NCBI GenBank assembly: GCA_041648505.1
Contig: JBAZOY010000006.1
Location: 332-64,331, forward strand
From: Syntrophales bacterium
Lineage (GTDB): Bacteria; Desulfobacterota; Syntrophia; Syntrophales; CG2-30-49-12
DNA: 64,000 nucleotides
Direction of reading: 5' to 3'
Shown: positions 45,649 to 55,825 of the stretch, piece after piece
Numbering within the stretch: the stretch's first letter is position 1
How the letters are laid out: each line of letters begins with the position of its first letter
Program-made: the position numbers and the translations under genes
Notes under the pieces: model-generated
What the model was told of the DNA's origin: nothing
Seen by the model: only the letters and a program-made list of their open reading frames with translations
Database searches by the model: none

Positions 45649-48016
45649 TGTTTAATTTCCTGTTACCGTTGTTACGAGTGATAGAATCAGGATAATCTAT
45701 GCGGTGATGGAAAATACCGTTTAGGATTCTCGCGAAGGTTTGGGCAATTTTGTTTATGTCACGCAATGTCAATTCACAATCATCAAGCTGACCATCTGCA
45801 AAGACCTTTTCTATTCTTTCACTAACGAGATGACTGATCCTCGAGGGAGTAGGATTAGACAATGTCCGTGACGAGGCCTCCACAACATCGGCCAGCAAAA
45901 CAAGCCCAGCTTCCTTGGTTTGAGGCTTCGGCCCCGGGTATTGAAAATCACTTTCTGAGAGCGATCTAATAGAGGGATCACTATCCTTTTTTGCCTTATC
46001 GTAAAAGTAGTTTACGAGACCGGTTCCATGATGTTGTTTGATGATATTTATAATTTCCGGTCCCAGCTTGAATTTACCGGCCATCTCGCAGCCGTCTTTG
46101 ACATGGGAAATAATTACGAGACTGCTCATTTTGGGAGACAGTTTATCATGCTTATTCTCTCCGCTTTGCTGATTTTCAATAAAGTACTGGGGTTTTTTCA
46201 TTTTTCCGATGTCGTGGTAAAAAGCACTGACCTTAGCCAGAAGGGGGTTGGCCCCTATAGCATCGGCTGCTGCCTCCACCATTGATCCTACAATAATACT
46301 ATGGTGATAGGTGCCCGGCGCCTCCATAATCATCTGCTGGAATATAGGTTGATTAAGATTGGCAAGTTCAAGGAGTTTGATATCTGTGGTGTAGTGAAAA
46401 ATGTTTTCAAAAAACGGGGTAATGCCGGCGACGACAATTCCGGCAAGTATCCCTCCTGAAGTACCCATGAGGAGTTTGATTATGATATCTAAGGATGCAA
46501 TGCTGCCTGAGAGAAGAGAGATGAAAATAATAGCGAGACCATTCATGGCGCCTAAAAAAAGCCCGGTACGGAAAAAAGCCGAGCGTTGTCTGTGAGTTAC
46601 AATATAATAAGATACGGCAACGCTTCCAAAGAAGGAAAAGAGGAACATGGACATCTTAGCGTTAAAGAGGAAAGTAATAAGAAAGGATATAAAGATCGAA
46701 AAAATAAAAGCAACATTCCGGTTGATAAGGGTGCCGACCAGCATGGTGCCTACGGCAAAAGGTATGAGAAAAAAACATGCCTCTGAATGTAAAAAGGGAA
46801 ATGCCCGGGCAATAGCTTCTGAAATGAAAATCCCGGCTCTTACCAGCAGAACCTGAATAATAGCGGTAGTACTTAAGAATAATATATCTACCTTTATTTT
46901 TTCTAACCAGTTATTGGCTAAATTGAATAGCATGACAGTTAGAAAAATGATGGAGAGGAAGATGCCTCCTAAAACAGATATACTGGAAAATCTTCTCTCT
47001 CCTTCTATCTTATAAAAGGCCTGTAGCTTGTCCAGGTCGATACGGTCGATCTTTTCTCCTTCTCGCACAAGCATCTCATTTTTTTGAATTTGAAAGTAAA
47101 CAGGTTTTACACCTTCCATAAGGAGATGTTTTCTTTTTTCGGTGGCGTCCTTATTAAAAGTAATATTCGGCTGGATCATTTTTTCAGCTAAAGAAAGGAC
47201 AACCCTTTTAATCTCTTTACTATTGCCACCGAGAACGGTTTTTGCCTTTTTCAGTAATATAGGTTCAATGTTTTCTATAGATAAGATTTGGGGAGATTCT
47301 CTTCTCTCCAGCTTTTCCATGAAAACTCCTACGCCCTTTTCCTCCCGTATATGAAGGTCTGGTTTCTCTTCCAGCACAACACTTATTTCATTTTGGGTTC
47401 TCACATTCCTGACAATGATTCCCCTGTCTAAATCATGCTTGGGAAACGTTACGTTGGTTATCAGTCCTGTGCCATAAACGGCAGTGATCAGGTTGGAGAT
47501 TTTGCCTGTTACATTAGGGGGGAATTTGTATTTTTGGAGAATGCTAAATTCTTCATCATTAAGAGTTACTCCTAACGCCTTTTCAAAATCTTTTCTTGTC
47601 TGGATTAAGAACTTTTGGCCAACGATGTTGATATCAGTATCCTTGTTATTGTTCGTTGTTTCTATCAATGAAAAAGCATTATCCAGATTTGCTTTCACAT
47701 GGGCAACGATATCTCTGTCATAGTCATAGATCGAGACAATGGTTTTGATGGTTTCCAGTCTTTTCTGTTCTGTAGATGACTGGTCTTCGACGAGAAAATC
47801 CCGGTCGGCTTTTATGTCTTTAGTGGCTATGGAACCGACTTTATAATCGGGGTGAGTAAAGTGAATCTGAGGCGTGAGCAGGAAAGACAAGATAAGGCTC
47901 AAACAAATACAGATAACCCACCTGTGAAACGTGGTATTCTTGACAAATTTGACGCTATCAATGCGGTTAACTACTTTTTTATAGAGATGTTTATTCTTTA
48001 TATTAAAAAATTTCAT
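45575..48016 (-). CDS. 7TM-HD membrane phosphohydrolase (PgpH/YqfF-like)
   Basis: Extracellular N-terminal domain, seven TM helices, HD domain (HHSIIV...FYHDIGK). Conserved phoH-pgpH-ybeY order. The 3' end overlaps ybeY by 74 nt. Confidence 0.85.
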   Translation of the reverse strand: MKFFNIKNKHLYKKVVNRIDSVKFVKNTTFHRWVICICLSLILSFLLTPQIHFTHPDYKVGSIATKDIKADRDFLVEDQSSTEQKRLETIKTIVSIYDYDRDIVAHVKANLDNAFSLIETTNNNKDTDINIVGQKFLIQTRKDFEKALGVTLNDEEFSILQKYKFPPNVTGKISNLITAVYGTGLITNVTFPKHDLDRGIIVRNVRTQNEISVVLEEKPDLHIREEKGVGVFMEKLERRESPQILSIENIEPILLKKAKTVLGGNSKEIKRVVLSLAEKMIQPNITFNKDATEKRKHLLMEGVKPVYFQIQKNEMLVREGEKIDRIDLDKLQAFYKIEGERRFSSISVLGGIFLSIIFLTVMLFNLANNWLEKIKVDILFLSTTAIIQVLLVRAGIFISEAIARAFPFLHSEACFFLIPFAVGTMLVGTLINRNVAFIFSIFISFLITFLFNAKMSMFLFSFFGSVAVSYYIVTHRQRSAFFRTGLFLGAMNGLAIIFISLLSGSIASLDIIIKLLMGTSGGILAGIVVAGITPFFENIFHYTTDIKLLELANLNQPIFQQMIMEAPGTYHHSIIVGSMVEAAADAIGANPLLAKVSAFYHDIGKMKKPQYFIENQQSGENKHDKLSPKMSSLVIISHVKDGCEMAGKFKLGPEIINIIKQHHGTGLVNYFYDKAKKDSDPSIRSLSESDFQYPGPKPQTKEAGLVLLADVVEASSRTLSNPTPSRISHLVSERIEKVFADGQLDDCELTLRDINKIAQTFARILNGIFHHRIDYPDSITRNNGNRKLNNGSSIDRKPAEKNKDRPPACAAGT

Positions 48017-48021
48017 AATGG

Positions 48022-49016
48022 TTATTGACTTGTGTTTTTTCGTTTTCCTCGCGTCAGATGGTTGTAAGCCCTTATTACATCCTGGACAAGAGGATGTCTT
48101 ACCACATCAATTTCCGAGAAATAGACGAAACTGATTCCCTTTATTTTCTTTAGAATTTTTTCTGTTTCCACAAGACCGGATATTTTATCGGATGGAAGAT
48201 CAATCTGGGTAACGTCGCCCGTAATAACAGCCTTCGAATTAAATCCAAGCCTTGTCAAAAACATCTTCATCTGTTCTGAAGTGGTATTCTGGGCTTCGTC
48301 AAGGATAACGAAAGCATCATTCAATGTTCTACCACGCATGAAGGCAAGTGGGCAACCTCGATAATTCCCTTTCTGATAAGAGCGGATGATCTGTCAAAAT
48401 CAATCATATCAAAAAGAGCGTCATACAGCGGCCTGAGATAGGGATTAACTTTTTCGGAAAGGTCTCCCGGCAGAAACCCGAGTTTCTCACCGGCTTCAAC
48501 GGCGGGTCTTGTCAGAATAATCCGATTCACCTTCTTTTCCAGGAGGGTGGATACAGCCATAGCCATGGCCAGATATGTCTTCCCTGTCCCAGCCGGTCCA
48601 ATCCCAAAAACCATATCGTTTGTTCTGATTGAATCTATATAGAGCTTTTGGGCAACACTCTTTGGTGTAATTATTTGTTTTTTTGATGATATAAATACCG
48701 TATCCAGAAATATTTTCTCCAGGTTTGCTTTGCTGTTTTCGGAGAGTATTCTGTGGGCATAATCAATATCGGCAGAGTAGATGGGATAGCCTTTTTCCAT
48801 AATGTTGTAAAGCTGTAGAAAAAGATTTTTAATCAGCTCGACATCGGAAGTATTGCCGGAAATAGAGACGTCATTTCCACGGATATACACTTTGACTTGC
48901 GCTAATCTTTCAATGAGCTTTATATTTCTGTCATGTTCGCCGAGCAGGTTTGCGAGAATGGCGTTGTCCGTAAAACTGATCTTTTCGACAGTAGAACATT
49001 CAAGTTTTTTTTTCAA
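48022..49016 (-). pseudogene. phoH: PhoH-like ATPase split by a frameshift in a C/G run (probably an assembly artefact)
   Basis: GPAGTGKT and IIEVA are followed, after a shift at GGG 48350-48352, by [22 protein letters not shown]. Confidence 0.85.
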
Positions 49017-49228
49017 TTATGTCCTTGAAGCTAAGGGTCTCTTCCCGACATCAAAACAATAAGCAGACTTATTCAAGGTGCAGCTTACAAACCTGTGTTG
49101 GTTTTTAATATACCTATCATTCGGGAAAGGTCTTTTCTTCTTCTTCAAATGCCGTCTCTAAGGCAACTCTCGATTTTAATGTTTCATGCTAACCTAAGAT
49201 GTACCCAATTATCAAGACAATTTTATCA

Positions 49229-50062
49229 TTATTTGAGTCTTGGATCAAGAGTGTCCCTGATCCCTTCACCCAGAAGGTTATAGCCAAGTACTGTGATCAA
49301 AATGGCAAGACCGGGATATAAGGAAAGCCACCAGGCAATATCTATATTGTCCTTGCCTGCTGTGAGTATATTTCCCCAGCTTGGAGTGGGGGGCTGGACG
49401 CCGATACCGAGAAAACTGAGGGCTGACTCGGTCAGTATCGCACCGGCGACCCCGAGTGTTGCCGTAACAAGCACAGAAGCCATGGCATTGGGAAGAATAT
49501 GGATAAAGATAATCCGCAGATCACCGGCGCCAATGGCCCTTGCTGAACGAACAAAATCTCTCTCCTTCAGAGAGATAAAATCTGCCCGGACAAGGCGTGT
49601 AACCCCCATCCATCCGGTTAAACCAATGACAATCATGATGTTCCAGATGGATGGCTCCAGTATGGCAATAACAGCCAGAATAAGGAAAAATGTGGGGAAA
49701 CAGAGCATAATGTCCACGAATCTCATGATTACCACATCAACCCATTTCCCGTAATATCCTGCAACAGCACCCAAAATTGTGCCTATAAGAATGGAAAAGC
49801 CTGTTGCCACAAACCCCACTTTCAGAGATATTCTGGCACCCCATGTCATACGGCTGAAGACATCACGTCCCAGTTGATCTGTTCCCAGGAGGTGTTCGGG
49901 GGAAGGCGGAGCAAGAATCATCTGGAGATTGACCTCTGACGGATCGTAGGGGGCAATCCATGGTGCTGCCAGAGAAAGGATAAACAATAAAGTGACGACA
50001 ACACCGCCAGCAACAGCCATCTTATTTTTTAAAAACCTGTACAGGAAATCAGACTTCATCAT
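49229..50062 (-). CDS. Oligopeptide/dipeptide-type ABC permease (DppC/OppC-like)
   Basis: 277 aa with N-terminal OppC-type region and an EAA-like loop. Confidence 0.8.
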   Translation of the reverse strand: MMKSDFLYRFLKNKMAVAGGVVVTLLFILSLAAPWIAPYDPSEVNLQMILAPPSPEHLLGTDQLGRDVFSRMTWGARISLKVGFVATGFSILIGTILGAVAGYYGKWVDVVIMRFVDIMLCFPTFFLILAVIAILEPSIWNIMIVIGLTGWMGVTRLVRADFISLKERDFVRSARAIGAGDLRIIFIHILPNAMASVLVTATLGVAGAILTESALSFLGIGVQPPTPSWGNILTAGKDNIDIAWWLSLYPGLAILITVLGYNLLGEGIRDTLDPRLK

Positions 50063-50069
50063 TTCTTAT

Positions 50070-51044
50070 TCAAGATACCCTGATTCTCGGATCTGTCAGG
50101 GCATAACAGATATCCGCAATCATATTTCCTAAAAGTGTGAGGACTGCCCCGATAAACAGTATGCCCATCACCACAGGGTAGTCTCTGGCCATAACGGACA
50201 TATAGAAAAGCTGTCCCATGCCTGGTATGGCAAAGATGGTCTCAAATATAACGCTTCCTCCGATGAGCCCCGGTACGGAGAGACCTAGGATAGTGATGAC
50301 AGGGAGAAGGGCGTTGCGCAGAGCGTGTTTGTAAATGACCGCCCGTTCACTCAATCCTTTTGCTCTTGCCGTCATAATATAGTCCTGTCTGATCACTTCC
50401 AGCATATTGGCCCTCATATATCGCGAAAGACCCGCCAAGCCACCAAAGGCTGAGAGTAAAACGGGCAATATCAAGTGCTTGACCAGATCAATGAAGGACG
50501 CCAGCGGCGAGAGGTACTCATAATTCAAGGAGCGTATGCCGGAAATCGGAAGCCACCCCAGATGAACACCAAATAGAATCATTAAAAGAAGAGCCAGCCA
50601 GAATGTGGGAGTTGCAAAGCCGATAAAGACAAAAACAGCAGTTATCCGGTCAAAAAGAGAATCCCTGTGAACGGCGGAAAGGACACCGATCGGGATAGCT
50701 ACCAGCAGGATCAGTATTAAAGAAAGGATGTTGAGGGTGATCGTAATGGGAAGTCTTTCCAGTATCTTATCTGCAACCGGTCTTCGGTCAGGGGAAAATG
50801 ACTTTCCCAGATCCAGGACGGCGATTTTTTTCAGCCAGGAAAAATACTGTTGATATAATGGCTTGTCTAGATCGTACATGGCCCTGAGACGTTCCTTCAT
50901 CTCTGCAGAGACCCGCGGGTTCATCTGTGTCTGGAGGTCTGTCGGAGACCCAGGTGCCAGACGCATTACTACGAAACAGACAATAGTAATACCGATCAGA
51001 AGGGGCAGCATGAAGATCAATCTTCTCGTTATATATCCCGACAA
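50070..51044 (-). CDS. Oligopeptide/dipeptide-type ABC permease (DppB/OppB-like)
   Basis: 324 aa with N-terminal [17 protein letters not shown], typical of DppB/OppB. Confidence 0.8.
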   Translation of the reverse strand: MSGYITRRLIFMLPLLIGITIVCFVVMRLAPGSPTDLQTQMNPRVSAEMKERLRAMYDLDKPLYQQYFSWLKKIAVLDLGKSFSPDRRPVADKILERLPITITLNILSLILILLVAIPIGVLSAVHRDSLFDRITAVFVFIGFATPTFWLALLLMILFGVHLGWLPISGIRSLNYEYLSPLASFIDLVKHLILPVLLSAFGGLAGLSRYMRANMLEVIRQDYIMTARAKGLSERAVIYKHALRNALLPVITILGLSVPGLIGGSVIFETIFAIPGMGQLFYMSVMARDYPVVMGILFIGAVLTLLGNMIADICYALTDPRIRVS

Positions 51045-51099
51045 ATGTTACTCTCCCAGGTTATTTATGGTATCCTCATAGATCTCTCTGTACCTGCCG

Positions 51100-51903
51100 C
51101 TATCTCTCCCCGTTTCCAGCGAGCAGCCCCAGGGTATTAATATTTTTTAACATCTGCCATAAATCTTTTTCCGAATGGGATTCAATGGTAATAATAGGAT
51201 TCAGGCCCCGCCCCCGAATTATTTGGAAAAAGTTATGGAAGGGGAAACTTCCCTCTCCCACAGGGAGATGTTCATCGGTAGTCCCCCCGTTATCATGTAG
51301 GTGAATCTGACCCAGACGGTATGCCAGTTTATCCATCCATGCCTCTAAAGGTACTCGGGAAAACGCGTTAAAATGCCCGGTATCAAAGCAAAAACGAATA
51401 TGGGGAGATGCAAGGACATCGAGGAGGAGAGTCAGGTGGTGGGGGTTCGTTTCATAGACATTCTCAAGGGTGATAATGGTCTCCATCTCCCTCGCCATGG
51501 TTAAAAAGCGTTTCCATGTATCTATGCTGTTCTCCAACCACATCTGCTCACCGGAGACATAGTACCTCTCATCAAAGGAGGGATGGCAGACTACAGAAAG
51601 TGGCTGGAAAAAAGGGACAAGATCAAATACCTGATGCAGACGATCTATAGTTGCCTGCCGAATCTTCGGATCAATGGCGCCGGGCCTTAAATCCATGAAA
51701 GGGGCGTGAAAGGTGATTGTTAATCCCGCTTCCCTCAAACTATCGGCGACCTTTAAAAAATCTTCTCTCTTCACCTGGTCGAGGACAAGATAATTGAAAC
51801 CGATCTCCGGGTTGATGCCTTCCTTTATCACTGTAGGAAGGAGTTTATCAAGGAGGAGATCGAAAGGGATATGTACCTGTACTTTCTTTAAAATCTCATA
51901 CAT
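51100..51903 (-). CDS. Sugar phosphate isomerase/epimerase (xylose isomerase-like TIM barrel)
   Basis: 267 aa with pattern ..HAPF...CHP...FDTGH..HLHDN.. typical of the AP_endonuc_2 fold. Confidence 0.65.
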   Translation of the reverse strand: MYEILKKVQVHIPFDLLLDKLLPTVIKEGINPEIGFNYLVLDQVKREDFLKVADSLREAGLTITFHAPFMDLRPGAIDPKIRQATIDRLHQVFDLVPFFQPLSVVCHPSFDERYYVSGEQMWLENSIDTWKRFLTMAREMETIITLENVYETNPHHLTLLLDVLASPHIRFCFDTGHFNAFSRVPLEAWMDKLAYRLGQIHLHDNGGTTDEHLPVGEGSFPFHNFFQIIRGRGLNPIITIESHSEKDLWQMLKNINTLGLLAGNGER

Positions 51904-52287
51904 CGTAATTTTCCCACAAATAACCGGAAACAGTTAAAATATCTATAATTAATAGACCTGAATCGCTAACTCCGGCAACGGTGCAATAAAAAGGTTAAAC
52001 CGTTTAAGTTTATTATAAAGTACATCCCTTCTGAAGGGTGCCAATGCGAAGGGATGTAGATGAATGAAAGGTTACTTCAGAAGGTTATCACACACGATTT
52101 ACGAATGCAAATATCACATAATGTTTTTAACATGTAGCATTATTGTCCGGTTTTGTCGCAATCCCGTCTTTTTGACATATCATCCCTCAAAGTGACATTG
52201 TAAACCGGACAGATGATGTGTTACCATTCCGGGCAGTTTACTTACTCTTGACATTGTTAGCTTAAAAGAGCAGCAACCCATGTTAAT

Positions 52288-52341
52288 TTTAAGGACTTAA
52301 TTATCACCACCACATCTGGTGGTGATAATTAAGTCCTTAAA
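52288..52341. repeat. Perfect 25-bp-arm inverted repeat with a 4-nt loop
   Basis: TTTAAGGACTTAATTATCACCACCA-CATC-TGGTGGTGATAATTAAGTCCTTAAA, verified base by base. Ends 13 nt before ATG 52355 and abuts the GGAG RBS. Confidence 0.9.
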
Positions 52342-52354
52342 GTGGAGATTTTAT

Positions 52355-54127
52355 ATGCCTGAAAAACCAAGCTATGAAGAGTTAGAACAGCGAGTGAAAA
52401 AGTTGGAAAAAGAAAGAACATCTTTAGACGAGACGAAGGATAAGTTGAGTGCGGTTGAGGAACAGATGCGCGCCATCATAAGGGCCTATGATGGATTGAT
52501 CTATGTCTGTTCACAGGATTACCGGGTGGAATATATGAACGACAGGTTGATTGAGCGCACCGGATACAATGCGACAGGAGAAAAGTGTTACAAGGTCCTT
52601 CACGATTGCGAATCTGTCTGTCCCTGGTGTATTAGTGAAAGAGTCTTTAAAGGGGAAACTGTTCGCTGGGATATTAAAAGCCCCAAAGACGACCGATGGT
52701 ACCATGTCGTGAATACGCCGTTGTGTAAATTAGACGGTACGATTTCCAAGATGGCAATGATTCAGGATATCACCGATTACAAACAACAGGAGGAAGAACT
52801 GCTGAGACACCAGGTGGATTTGGAACAACGAATAACAAGGTGCACCGCAGATCTTCTCAGGAAAAACGAACAATTGACGGCAGAAATAGAAAAATATGCA
52901 AAGGCTGAGTCTGACTTGAGGGCATCCGAAGAAAAGTACCGAAGTTTAGTGGAGAACATCGGTGTAGGCGTGTCGCTTATCAGTCCGAAGATGGAGATAT
53001 TGACACTGAATCCCCTGATGAGGGAATGGTTTCCCTTGATCAATCCTTCTGAACAACCCTTATGTTATAAAGCATTCAATACTCCGCCCCGGGACGGCAT
53101 CTGTGCCTACTGTCCGACCTATAAGACTCTTTTGGATGGGCAGGTTCACGAAGCGGTGTCTGAAACGCCGATGGGTGATGATACTAAAAACTTCAGGATC
53201 ATCTCAAGTCCGGTTAAGGATCAAGACGGTAAAGTTATTGCCGCGATAGAGATGGTGGAAGATGTAACCGAAAAGAATCAGATGAAAGAAAGGTTGAGAG
53301 AGTCCGAAGAGAAGTATCGTACCATTTTTGAAACAACCGCTTCAGGGACTATGATCATAGAAGAAGACACGACTATATCTCTCGTTAATAAGGCGTTTGT
53401 TCATATAACCGGTTATTCCAAGGATGAAATTGAAGGCAAAAAAAGCTGGACAAAATTTGTTCATGCCGAAGACCTCGTGAAGACAAAAAAATATCACTAT
53501 TTGCGAAGGGTTAATCCGAACGCCGCTCCCAGAAGATATGAGGCTCGGGTCGTCGATAATCGAGGTCATGTCAAGGATGTTCTGGTCACGGCTTCACTGA
53601 TATCGGGAACAAAAATCAGTATTGTGTCTTTTGTGGACATTACGGAGCAGAAGAACATCGAAAAAGCATTGCAGAAAAGAGAGAAGGAGTTAGAGGCCAA
53701 ATCCAGGATGCTCCAAGAAGGTAATACGGCATTACGGGTTTTAGTGAATCAGAGGAACGAAGATAAAAAGGAATTGGAGGAAAAACTTTTAACCAACGTT
53801 AAGGAGCTTGTGCTGCCTTATGTGAAAAAGATAAAAAAAGGGCATTTGACTGCTGATCAGTTAATCTTCTTGAACATTCTTGAAACCAACCTGGATAATA
53901 TTATTTCTCCTTTCTTGCGTAACATCATTATTAAACATTTAAACTTGACCCCCAAAGAGATACAGATTACAAGTCTCATTAAAGATGGAAAAACAACAAA
54001 AGAAATTGCCGAGTTGTTGGATATTTCTACCAGGGCTATCGAATTTCACAGAGATAATATTCGGACTAAACTTCAACTGAAAAATAGAAAAACTAACTTG
54101 AGATCTTATCTTACAACTCTTTCTTAG
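52355..54127 (+). CDS. Multi-PAS LuxR-family transcriptional regulator
   Basis: Coiled-coil N-terminus, three or more PAS-like modules and a C-terminal LuxR HTH (LTPKEIQITSLIKDGKTTKEIAELLDISTRAIEFHRDNIRTKL). Confidence 0.8.
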   Translation: MPEKPSYEELEQRVKKLEKERTSLDETKDKLSAVEEQMRAIIRAYDGLIYVCSQDYRVEYMNDRLIERTGYNATGEKCYKVLHDCESVCPWCISERVFKGETVRWDIKSPKDDRWYHVVNTPLCKLDGTISKMAMIQDITDYKQQEEELLRHQVDLEQRITRCTADLLRKNEQLTAEIEKYAKAESDLRASEEKYRSLVENIGVGVSLISPKMEILTLNPLMREWFPLINPSEQPLCYKAFNTPPRDGICAYCPTYKTLLDGQVHEAVSETPMGDDTKNFRIISSPVKDQDGKVIAAIEMVEDVTEKNQMKERLRESEEKYRTIFETTASGTMIIEEDTTISLVNKAFVHITGYSKDEIEGKKSWTKFVHAEDLVKTKKYHYLRRVNPNAAPRRYEARVVDNRGHVKDVLVTASLISGTKISIVSFVDITEQKNIEKALQKREKELEAKSRMLQEGNTALRVLVNQRNEDKKELEEKLLTNVKELVLPYVKKIKKGHLTADQLIFLNILETNLDNIISPFLRNIIIKHLNLTPKEIQITSLIKDGKTTKEIAELLDISTRAIEFHRDNIRTKLQLKNRKTNLRSYLTTLS

Positions 54128-54247
54128 TATCAGGTTAATACTGATATTATCCCCGAATTTAATTAGTATTGCATTTCTTCGTTTCAGACTTATATTATTA
54201 TAAATATCATTGACAATCCTTGGCAAAGAATGAAGGGAGGTTTTCAT

Positions 54248-54433
54248 ATGAAGATTCAGGAAATACGTGGAATAGCGAGGGACTGGGGAGTGGACGTGAG
54301 AGTGGGGCGTTCCAAACAGGATATTATCCGGGATATTCAGACAAAAGAAGGTAATTCACCGTGTTTTAGAACGAAAGAAGAATGTGAAAATAATTGCGCA
54401 TGGAAGTTTGATTGTTTAAACAGCAAGAGATGA
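54248..54433 (+). CDS. Small SAP/Rho-N-like domain protein with C-terminal Cys motif
   Basis: 61 aa: MKIQEIRGIARDWGVDV..SKQDIIRDIQ then C-x9-C-x3-C-x5-C. AAGGGAGG RBS. Confidence 0.5.
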   Translation: MKIQEIRGIARDWGVDVRVGRSKQDIIRDIQTKEGNSPCFRTKEECENNCAWKFDCLNSKR

Positions 54434-54516
54434 TTGATAAAACGGACATATGAAGATCAACCATTTCAGTAGAAAGCATTCCGATTTATTTTCCGGCAGG
54501 AAAGGAGGTAATTCAA

Positions 54517-55788
54517 ATGCGGACGCTTATGTTCGGCTGGGAGTTTCCGCCGTATATAACCGGTGGTCTTGGTACGGCCTGTTTCGGCATTACAAAGGCC
54601 TTAACCGGTCTTGGCCACGAGATTATCTTTGTCCTGCCGAGAGTAAAAGGTGAAAGACATCCGTCGCACGTAGAACTAATTTCCGCAGCAGAATTTCCTG
54701 TCTCAGAACAATATCTCAAGGAATATTCATCCAGGCTCGACATCAGGTTGGTCGATTCCACCCTCCGTCCCTATCTCAGCGAAGATCAGTATAAATCTCT
54801 ATTGACCGGCCAACGAATTGGACAGGAGAAAGCCGGCATGTTTTTTGATATCTCCGGAGACTATGGTCCTGACATAATTTCCGAGGTATTGAGATATGGA
54901 AAGGCAGCCGGGACAATCGCTAAAAACCTTTCCTTTGATGTAATCCACGCCCACGACTGGATGACAATCTTTGCCGGTCTTCATGCGCGAGAGATTAGTA
55001 GAAAGCCCTTTATACTTCACATTCATTCTCTTGAGTTTGACCGGAGCGGTGAAAACATCAACCGGGCTGTTTTTGATATAGAACGCCATGGCATGATGAA
55101 AGCCGACCATATTATTGCCGTCAGCCATTATACAAAGAATATAATTGTCAATCGTTATGGTATCCCCCCGGAGAAGATCTCTGTTGTGCATAATGCCGTT
55201 TCACGCATTGAAGGGAGAGATGCTTATCATGTGAAACACGGGCAGGGCGGAAAGATCGTCCTGTTCCTAGGCAGGATCACCTTTCAGAAGGGCCCCGACT
55301 ATTTCGTTGAGGCGGCGGCAAAGGTCATAAAGGCAATCCCGGAGGTAACATTCGTTATGGCAGGGACAGGAGACATGATGCCCCGTATGGTTGAACGCGT
55401 AGCCGAGCTCGGGATTGGCGAGCATTTCCACTTTACCGGTTTTCTCAAGGGAGCGGAACTCGAACGGATTTATACCATAAGCGACCTGTATGTCATGCCG
55501 AGTGTCTCCGAGCCTTTTGGAATCTCTCCCCTTGAGGCGATGATGTACGATGTGCCGGTAATTATCTGTAAACAGTCGGGTGTTGCGGAGATACTTCACA
55601 ATGCCCTGAAAGTTGATTTCTGGAATGTGAATGAGATAGCCAACAAGATCATTGCGGTCTTAAAACACCCCCCATTGGTCGATGAGATGCTTAATAAGTC
55701 CCGGGAGGAACTGCGTAATATCCGCTGGGAGAAAGCCGGGGAGAAAATTGTAGATGTCTACCGGCATTTGTTAAACCCGGATATTTAG
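54517..55788 (+). CDS. GT4/GT5 glycosyltransferase (glycogen synthase-like)
   Basis: N-terminal FGWEFPPYITGGLGTAC, C-terminal E-x7-E region (PSVSEPFGISPLEAM). AGGAGG RBS. Confidence 0.65.
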   Translation: MRTLMFGWEFPPYITGGLGTACFGITKALTGLGHEIIFVLPRVKGERHPSHVELISAAEFPVSEQYLKEYSSRLDIRLVDSTLRPYLSEDQYKSLLTGQRIGQEKAGMFFDISGDYGPDIISEVLRYGKAAGTIAKNLSFDVIHAHDWMTIFAGLHAREISRKPFILHIHSLEFDRSGENINRAVFDIERHGMMKADHIIAVSHYTKNIIVNRYGIPPEKISVVHNAVSRIEGRDAYHVKHGQGGKIVLFLGRITFQKGPDYFVEAAAKVIKAIPEVTFVMAGTGDMMPRMVERVAELGIGEHFHFTGFLKGAELERIYTISDLYVMPSVSEPFGISPLEAMMYDVPVIICKQSGVAEILHNALKVDFWNVNEIANKIIAVLKHPPLVDEMLNKSREELRNIRWEKAGEKIVDVYRHLLNPDI

Positions 55789-55825
55789 CGAGCGGCCGTA
55801 ATTCATTGATAAGAAAGGACTTTTT

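Noticed and set aside
52026-52038. Inner palindrome CCCTTC-T-GAAGGG as an alternative hairpin (riboswitch-like switch).
   Set aside because: A 1-nt loop is sterically impossible, so only the outer 11-bp stem is plausible.
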